A DNA stretch of 64,000 bases from Callorhinchus milii (taxonomy: Eukaryota): positions 85,500,001-85,564,000 of the forward strand of contig NW_024704743.1 of NCBI RefSeq assembly GCF_018977255.1, read 5' to 3'. The number at the start of each line of letters is the position of its first letter. The first letter of the stretch is position 1. The notes below the pieces were generated by a model, which saw only the letters and a program-made list of their open reading frames with translations, was not told the origin of the DNA and ran no database searches. The translations under genes and the position numbers were made by a program. Of the stretch, positions 51,401 through 60,400 are shown one piece after another.

Positions 51401-54400
51401 TTAATTCTCCCTCTCTGAGTTCAGAGCATTTACTCACCAGTTAAGCCAGTGATTTGACATCTGGCATCTCCAACAGAAACCCAGGTGTCATCAGTCGCAG
51501 AACAATTAGCAAAGTTTGAGCCTGATATAGACAACATGGTTCCATTGGCACATGAATCTAAAAGAATAAAGAGTGCAATGTGTTCAGTAGAGAGCAAGTT
51601 ACGAAGACTTGTCACCCACTCTCAAAGTACTTAGGTCAACAGATTTGTCATAGAATTTTTAAATATCACAGGATCTAACACGTTTTCATCACGGAAGAAG
51701 ACCATTCAGCCTGCCATGTCTGTGCTGCTGCTTACTTGGTGAACCTCACAATGTGATATCCACTTAATGACTTGAATCCGGGTTGTGAATATTACACTTT
51801 AGATCCCAATGTAGGCGCCGGAGGCAAAATTTACATTTTATTCAACTCAATACCTATATAATTCCTTTTACTAGATAATTTGTGCATGCTTTAACACAGG
51901 AAATAAATACAATATGTACTGTAGTTGGAATGATTATCCCATACAGTAGGGTTGTTTTAAAATACATATTTTTCCTATAAAAAGACTCCAAATTCCTGGA
52001 ATTATGTCATGTTTAGACAATAACCATTCTTAAGATCTCTGCACTCTCAACAGATAGATGTCTTAACATTTCTGAGATAAATAAGATGAGACTAAGTGCT
52101 TTAACTTCACCTATTCAGGATAAGCTGGATTTAAGTGAATAAAAGAGTAATCCTCTGCTGCTAATTCTTCACTTGCACACTGGTACTTACCCACTGTCGG
52201 ACTAATGTGTGAAATGACTGGGGTTTTTCCAGAACTCCATGTATACCCACAGTTATCAGAGCATTTACTGGGGATGCCGTTAATGAAAACTTCCACCTAC
52301 AAAAAGAAAGAAGTTGACAAAGCCAGAGATTTGATTTACTTTCCATAAGTTTTCATTGCATGCAGAAAGTTATCCGCTGGGGCAAAGGGGCGGAGGGGGT
52401 TGGAGGGGGGGAGGGTAGTAGAGCTGAACTGGCTCCAAGGTGACGTGCTTGGCAATGGGATGTTGGAATCCAGCCAGCCCTCTGTGGCGGTTTCCAGGCC
52501 AGTTCCTGAGCCAGGCAGGTCTGCTGTTCTCCATGGCACTGCTGATGACAGCACAGCCAGCCTTGCTCATCAGCAGGACTTGGAAGGGCAGACCAGTCAC
52601 TGGTGACAGGGATTCTTCCTTCTCAGTTCCTGTTAATCCTGCAAGACAAAGCCCTAATAGGTAGGGTGGTCCTAGCTGGATAAGGTACAGGAAACTTGGC
52701 AGGGGTAGGAATGGGGAGCAGTCATTGAAAGAAGTGCTTTCAATGGCAAGCTTTGCGCTTTTAATTGGTTAGACACCAGCAGTACACCATCGCACACTCT
52801 GGGGTCCCCAAGCCTTGGCTCTTGTCAATCTGTGCCTAATACTCTGTGGAATTAGATACGAAGGACCTGTCCCTCCAGGCAGTGAGTGTGCATTCCATTT
52901 CAACCAGGAATCTCTACGTATAGTTTTGTTTGGATACTCTGAACCATGGTAATGGGTTTTCGCAATTTCAGACACCCGGCTGACCAAGAAGAAATAATTA
53001 CGATTGTTTCCATTTTCCTCAATTCATTTTTCATTTAGCAAAATTCCTCGTGAAAAACAATTGCATCAATGCTGTAAATTATCCTGTTATAGCACGGGGA
53101 AGGAACTGCAATGTGCAGCATACTGGCACTGTTGCTTTAGGAACATGCAATATTCTTTCAGTCCACTGGAGGGTGCAGATAAGTCATTAATATGTGTTTG
53201 AATGAGCTCAACTGTGCCATGTTAACACTGAGGAATTGCATCTGGACTTGAGACCACAACCTGAACCGTGGCTCAATCCCCGGCCTTAACCTCAGCTGCT
53301 CCTGAGTCCTGCCCCTGACTCAAACCTGCCCTGCCCTGGCTGCTTCCCAGTCCTACCCCTGCCTCAGCTCAAATCTAACCCAGATTAACCCTGACCCATT
53401 CCTGACAAGAATCAACAACAATCAGGACCCTGGGTGCATCCCCCGAGCTGCCCCCACTCAAACTCCAACCTTCGCTCATCTCAACCCGGTTGATTGGTCA
53501 GGGTTAAGTCCGGGAATCGTTTGGGGGCTGGTTTGGAGCCCAGGCCAAGGGTCGAGCTGGAAGCTTAGGTCAAGGTTGGTCATGGATGGGGCGAGGGCAG
53601 ACCACAGGACGGGAGATTGAGTGTGAAGAGAAACAATTCACTGCCTATAAATAGGAATTGACGAGTCCTCAGTGTTAACATTTGATAGTTGGGCCACTGA
53701 ATGGCAACAAGCTGTAAAATTAAACATTTGTAAAGGATACAAATTTAGTGCACAGGGAATTAAAACTTCAGCATTAGATTTTAATCCCTTCCTTGCCTCC
53801 AAGGTAAGTCTCGAGACCCTTCTCTTTGACCATACCTTCGGTCACCCTCCTATCCTCCCAGATAATAGTCTGTCATCAGCAGTGCCATGAAGAACAGCAG
53901 ACCTGCCTGGCTCAGGAACTGGCCTGGAAACCGCCACAGAGGGCTGGCTGGATTCCAGCATCCCATTGCCAAGCAAGTCATTCTAGTTCCCTCTATCCTT
54001 AATCCAAGACACAATGGGTGGTAGTCCAGACCTGCAAACTCCAGATCAACTCCCAGGTTGGTCTCCATTGAACTTCTAAGATATCAAGCTTTCCTCTTGT
54101 AAGTCATTGTATGGCAAAGGAGAAAAACAGAAGTCATAAAGAATGGATCTCTGAGAGGAAGAGAGGTCCAGAGGTTAGGGGTAAAGGAACTGAAAGCTTG
54201 GCCACCACTGGCAGAGAGTGGATGGGGGAACATGCCACAAATCTGAGCCAGCCAAATGGTGGATTAGGTACGAACAATATTTTCAGATGTGCCAATACAG
54301 TAGAACATGAGAACATAGGTTTAGATTTGCAAAGGGTATTTTACAACAGACACCAAGAAGTACTTCTTTATCTAGAGGCTAATTATCTACTTGAGCACGT

Positions 54401-57400
54401 TATCTGTTAGGGTGGTTCAAGCTTGAGTGCTGAACTCATTTAAAACGTAGCTTGATGCTGTGCTCGAAAGAAGGCAGATGGGGCATTCTTGAAAGATGAG
54501 GTCAAATGGGTCAAAGGGCCTTATTCATCCGAATTAATTTTGTGAATCACGTGATGTGTGTAACAATGTTGTGAGCTCCTATTGTCCAGGGAATGAAAAC
54601 CTGCAAGGCTCCAGATTGAAGATACACAAGCACTGATAAAAATGAGAGTGTAACTGCTGATGCATATTTGTAGAGTGAATATGATGGCTCAGCCTACACT
54701 ACTAAACATGGCAGCACATACCTGGGGCTTGGTGTTTGGTGTACGAAGCATGTCTCCTGTAAGGCGCTGATTGAACAAACCTCCTTCCTTTGTCACTTGG
54801 ACTATTATCTTAGCATTTGTTCCAGTCACCTTTGAATTATTAACCTGTCATGTAAAACCCACGGTAAATAAATATACTTTTTCAGTTTAGTTCTATTACT
54901 ACACAGCTAATGTTACTGTAAATCTCCTAATACAATAACAATTTGGGAGAATCTATTTTAGATAATTGATTTTGGTACTGCAAAATACCAGAAGAAAATT
55001 TATAATGAACTAATATATTAATTAATAATGCAATACAAAATTACATTTGTATAGCGCCTTTCACATAGGGAGAACATCCCAAAGTGCTGGACAGTCAGGA
55101 GCTGAGCGGGGTGTAGTGGGGTTGGTGGTTGGGATCAGGAAGGGTGAAGGGCAGGGAGGGTAGCAAAGAGGAGGGTCTTGAGGCAGGCCTTGAAGGAAGC
55201 AAGGGAGGAAGCGAGGCAAAGGGAATGTGGGATGGAGTTCCAAAGTGTGGGGACAGAGAGGCTGAAGGCCCGACCGCTGATGGTGGGGTTGGCCGGGTGG
55301 GGATGTGGAGTAGAGTCTGCTGAGTGGAAGAAGCAGACAGGTTGATATGGTGTCAGCAAGTCACAGAAGTAGGAAGGGGCAAGGCCGTGGAGGACCTTGA
55401 AACGAGCACGAGGATTTTGAACTCTATCCTATGGGGGATGGGGAGGGGAACCAGTGGAGCTGGACGAGGGTGGGGGTAATGGGGTCACGGAGTCTGGTGC
55501 GTGAGCGGACACGAACTGCAGAGTTGTGGATGATCTGTAGCTTGTGGAGGGAAGAGTTGTGGAGGGAATAACAGTAACATCAACAGCCATATCTCACAAA
55601 CAACCACACAGTAAATGATCAAGTTAAGTGGAGAATTGTTAGCTAGTACAATGGGTAAAAACCCTTTCCCTTTCAAATAATGGAGTGCTTTAACATCTAC
55701 CTGAACAGATAGATAGAACCTAAGTTTAACATCACATCTGAAGCAAGGCACCATCCAACAAAGCAGCATTCCCCCCGACAATGCGCAGGTTGGCAAAAGC
55801 CACGTTTTGGGGCCCCAGAGTATGTGTTGGAGTACTGTTGGAATTAACCAGCTAAAATTGCATTACTTGACATTGAAAGCATTGTCTGGCAAGCTATCCA
55901 CTGCTGCTGGTCCAGTTAGAAGCACTCTACCCTTTAGGGCTTTGGATTGCAGGGCTAATGCAACAACAACAACTTGCATTTACATAGTTCTTTTCATGAA
56001 GGGTAATGTCTCAGAGCACTAATTGGAAGCTGAGTGGGAAGAATCCTGACTGATGATGTGTTGCAATAGTAACCCTCCTTACTTGCTACTCAAGGTAACA
56101 AATACCACTGGTAAATTACACTATGTGTTTAATCTTCTGAAATTTACATTTTTTTTATTGAATGTAAGTCAGTACATCACCTGCAATGTAGGCTGCTTGC
56201 CACTTTTGGTCAGCCATTTCACCCACCAGCGGTACCCAGTACAGCCCCCATTTCTGGACACTGACACAGTTCCTATTTCAGCAATGGTCTGTAAAGCGTA
56301 TTGCATTTCCAAAGCTGTGGAATTGACTGGCAGATCTACAACAACAGAAAATAGAGAAAAACATCCATTAATTCTTGAAGATGATATAGGAATGGTGGAG
56401 TGAAAAATTAAGTTTGGGATGTGGCATTTATCACCTGTGCCATATCACCTGTGACTTCTTTGTTTTTGTCGCCCCTATGCATCATTTGGCTGAACTATGA
56501 TTGAGTTATGATGGTATTCGGTGCCACAGGATATAAATGCAGTTAATGCGAGCAACAAAGATGCTGGAAGGTTGTGACTTTGGCTAGCTTTGGGCCAATC
56601 CATTATGTCAAACAGAAAGGTGATTGAATCCTGAACATCTAAAGTTAGGTTTGGATTGCACTTTCCAGCAGAAGGAAGTTCTCCAGGTGTCCTGGTCAAC
56701 AATCCCCCAGATAGAATTGGTCACTCAGTTCATGGTTGTTTGTGGGGCCTTGCTGTGTGCAAATTGGCTGCCACATTTGCCTACGAAATGCAGGCACTAC
56801 ACTTTACAGTTTCCAACGTTTTAATATTCTTGGTGCTCATTAATATCAGAAGAAGGGAAAAGCTCAGTTAAGGCATGGCCAGATACAGTCAAAAGTCAGG
56901 AACTTGCATTTTTCTGACTCTTTATAATAATCCTTACATTGGCTATAGCACCTCTAAAATATCCCAATACACTTCACAGGTGAGGCTCTCATGTATAGTA
57001 ACTGTATATTTGAGGTTAAATGCAGCAGCCAGTTTGCACACAGCAATGTCCACAATCAGCTATGAAATAATTGGAACTTATATTTGGAGGATTGTTGGTC
57101 AGGACACAGGGAAGTTCTCCCCTTTCTTTTCAAATGGTAGATAGGGATCCTGACAGTCCACCTGAACAGGTAAAAGAGGCCTCGGTTTAATGTCTTGTCA
57201 GAATAAACAGCATCTCTAAACAATGCAGCAATCATAATTCTTGCATTTAATAAAGCATCTTAGTACATCGTCGAGATGTCTCAAAATTTTTCACAGGGTT
57301 TACTCTAAAGATTTACACTGTGTATTTTGTAAGCGAACACGGCAGCACATTTGCACAAAGCAGTGTCCCACAAACATTCATGAAGTGGGAGACCAATTTT

Positions 57401-60400
57401 ATTCAGGAGATTGTTGGCCAGGACACTGGAACAAATTCCCTTTTTGAAATGTGCAATGGAATCTTTAAAGGTCACCTTTCATCTTTCACCAGTGCCTTGG
57501 TTTAACATCTCACCTGAAGGACATCTCAGCCAAAAGCCGTCACCATCAGGTCTGCATTAGAGTGTTAGCATAGACTGTGAACTCAAAGTCCCAACTTGAG
57601 ATAATACAGCCCACCACATGGAGTTTATCATAGCCTGATTCCTCAAAGTAGCAATTTTTTCTCTCTCTACCTTTATAATGAGGAAAGATTGGCTTTTTTT
57701 NAGTGATGGTAACAATAATATGTATCCCAATAGGCAGTAACTCATTTCAAAAAGTAAACTGATCCCTGGATTTTTTTNGAAGAGAAATTTCTAATTATGA
57801 TATACCTCTCAGCGATTTTCCAAAGATTTCAATATCGAATGTGCCTCCAACTGGCCTAGAGGCTGCGTCAATCCTGCGGACTATGAGCACAGCTCCTTCA
57901 GGCCATGTGGTTCCTTTGTATGCCGCTTCATCCTCTGTATTGTTAGCCAAAACCTAGTGCAAACATTTATCACAAATGTCATCTTGCAAATCAAAGATAC
58001 AGAATTCTGCATTTTCTTGCCTTTAATTTCATAAAATTTTGACTCTGTTATCGAATGTAAGCCAGACCTTCACACCAAACAAATTACATCTTTGTTTTAT
58101 TAATACTACTGTGATCAATGCTTCTCCAAACTTTCTTCTCTTGATTCACTGTCCTGCGATTTCCACACAGGATCCATTTATAACATAACTGGAGCATGAA
58201 TGTGCATATGCCTCCTGAAACACTTCTGTTTTTTTTTAAATATGGTTTTCACTCAAAGTTGAAGAAAGCAGCACCTGTAATCTAGCTTTTAGGTCTCTCC
58301 ATCTAATTCACAGTGCCTCACAACATAAAGCTACTTCCTATGTCATGATACACATTGAATAAGTAAGCATTTGGTTATTTGCGGTAATTTAAATGTAAAA
58401 TATGTAAAAGGACAGTGCTTTATACTTTATTACCAGTTAGCAAAATAGAGGAGGGATAAAAAGACAATTTTGCACATATGAATGTGTGTATATATTTGTA
58501 TGTATGTGATACGTGAATATGTTTGTATTTGTGTATAGTCTGCGGTCTGTGCTACATTAGCATCAACCTACAACAAATGACAACTAAATTATCACGTGAG
58601 ATTGAGCATCTGATTTTGAGGATAGATTGCAGGACCTGGGAATATTAACACTGGAGAAGAAATAATTGAACGGTGATATTATTGAAGTATTCTAAATCCT
58701 AAAGGATAACGACAAGCTAAAATCCAACACTTTATTCAATATTGTGAAGTGGCCCACAAAGAGGGATCAGGGGTTAAATTTGCAGTATTGCTTAAAGGGA
58801 TTCCTGAATAAGGAATGTAAGTTGCACGGTGAAAGAAGCTTTTGGCAACACCAAAAGATTATATTAGGATAATACTGGAGATGCGAAGTTTTGCCTATGA
58901 GCAGAGACTGGAGGGACTGGAATTTTTTTCTGCTGGAATATGATGGTTGAGGAGTGACCTTCAAGAGGTCTTTATGACAGGGTTTTGATAGTCAATAGGA
59001 AGAGATTATTCTCACTGGTTGCTGAGTCAATAACTAGAGGCCATCAATTTAGGATAGTTAGTAAACAAGCAAATGGGAAGGTTAGGAGAAATGTTTCATG
59101 CACAGTTTAAGATATGGAATGCCCTGTAGAATTGATATTGGCCTTCAAGAGACAACTATACAAATACCTTAAAAATAATAATAAAATAATAAGCTACAGG
59201 GGTATGGGGAAAGGCAGTAAATGGGACTGAAATGAACAGCAACAACAACATTAAGTGCTTCAAGACAATACCTGGATGAAGAGCATTATATAAATGCAAG
59301 TTGTTGTTGTTGTAAGAGTATTCAAAGTAGACAGAATTCCACATGTGTATACCTCCTACATGTGGAAATTCCCCTGTGTCTGGAATGCAATGCACACTAT
59401 CTCCATAGTGTGGATATCCATATCTCCATATCCTGCTTACTTAATTCTGGAGAGTATTAGATTCAGGTTGGCTGGAACCAAGGCTTGGGGACACTGGAAA
59501 GTTCTTTGGGGGTAATGCTGGAGGTTAAACCAGCTAAAAATGCATAGCTTGCTATTGAGAACGCTGTCGAGCAAGTATTCCACTGCTTGTCCAACTTGGA
59601 CTACCTATCTGTTAGGGCATTGGTTAGCAAGAGCTGAGTGAGAAGAATTCCTGCTCCCACTGCTTCCAGTCGGCTTCTCCAAGTTCTACCAACAAACCAG
59701 TCTGAATGGTCTGGTTTTAGCAGTGCCAAAGGAGGACTGAAGATTTCTCTCTTTCAGTGTTTAGAGCCCTGGTCTCAACTCGGAAAGGGAAAGGTAAGCA
59801 GGAATCCAGAAAAACTAATTAATAATTCAATATTGTCCATTTAATAACTTTGTATCCAAATAACAGTAATACTAACCTGCGCAAAACCGACTTGCAGTAA
59901 TGGAATACTATGACCACAGTTGATGGGAATCATTGTTACTTCATACTCATTATTCACATCTGCATTTTTATTTCTTCTCTGAGTAACCTTGAAGTCTTTG
60001 AAAATAAGTCCTTTGTCTAATAATGCTGGGGGATTCCTCATTTCTATATCTGCAATTTAATAAATAAATGGGTCATTTAAGAGCAAACCATCAACACATT
60101 TAATATAATACAATAAGGTAGATAGTCTCCATTAGATCAGTTAGATGTCCTTCAAAGATGAAGCTATCACCTCAACTAACATTCAAGACCAGTACATGAG
60201 GAAGACCTAGTCAGTATAGTTCAGGAGCAGCCTTTTGCACTCGTCTTAATAATATCCTTGTTGGAAGGTGGAACTAGAATATCTCTGAATAACTGAACTA
60301 CTCTACGTGCGTTACATATGAGAGTTTCTCAGGAAAGGTGGAACAGAAACATAACCTTGCTTTCCTGTGCAGGTGAAGAGTTAGGAAACATGTCATTTTG

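Noticed and set aside
52379..52415. G-run cluster as a functional G-quadruplex
   Set aside because: It is on the template strand relative to the gene, so the RNA is C-rich, and nothing else supports a function.
52440..52664. Near-identical peptides [22 protein letters not shown] in two ORFs (52440 + and 53850 -) as a duplicated gene
   Set aside because: They are a by-product of the 111-bp inverted repeat; similarity stops at the arm ends and there is no other coding evidence.
586..57600. Recurring ataataatccttgcatttgatatagc motif as a CRISPR-like array
   Set aside because: Copies are dispersed, divergent, irregularly spaced and on both strands; they are SINE 3' tails in eukaryotic introns.
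57701..57778. Single n bases at 57701 and 57778 (also 63025)
   Set aside because: All follow poly-T runs and are most simply homopolymer sequencing ambiguities.
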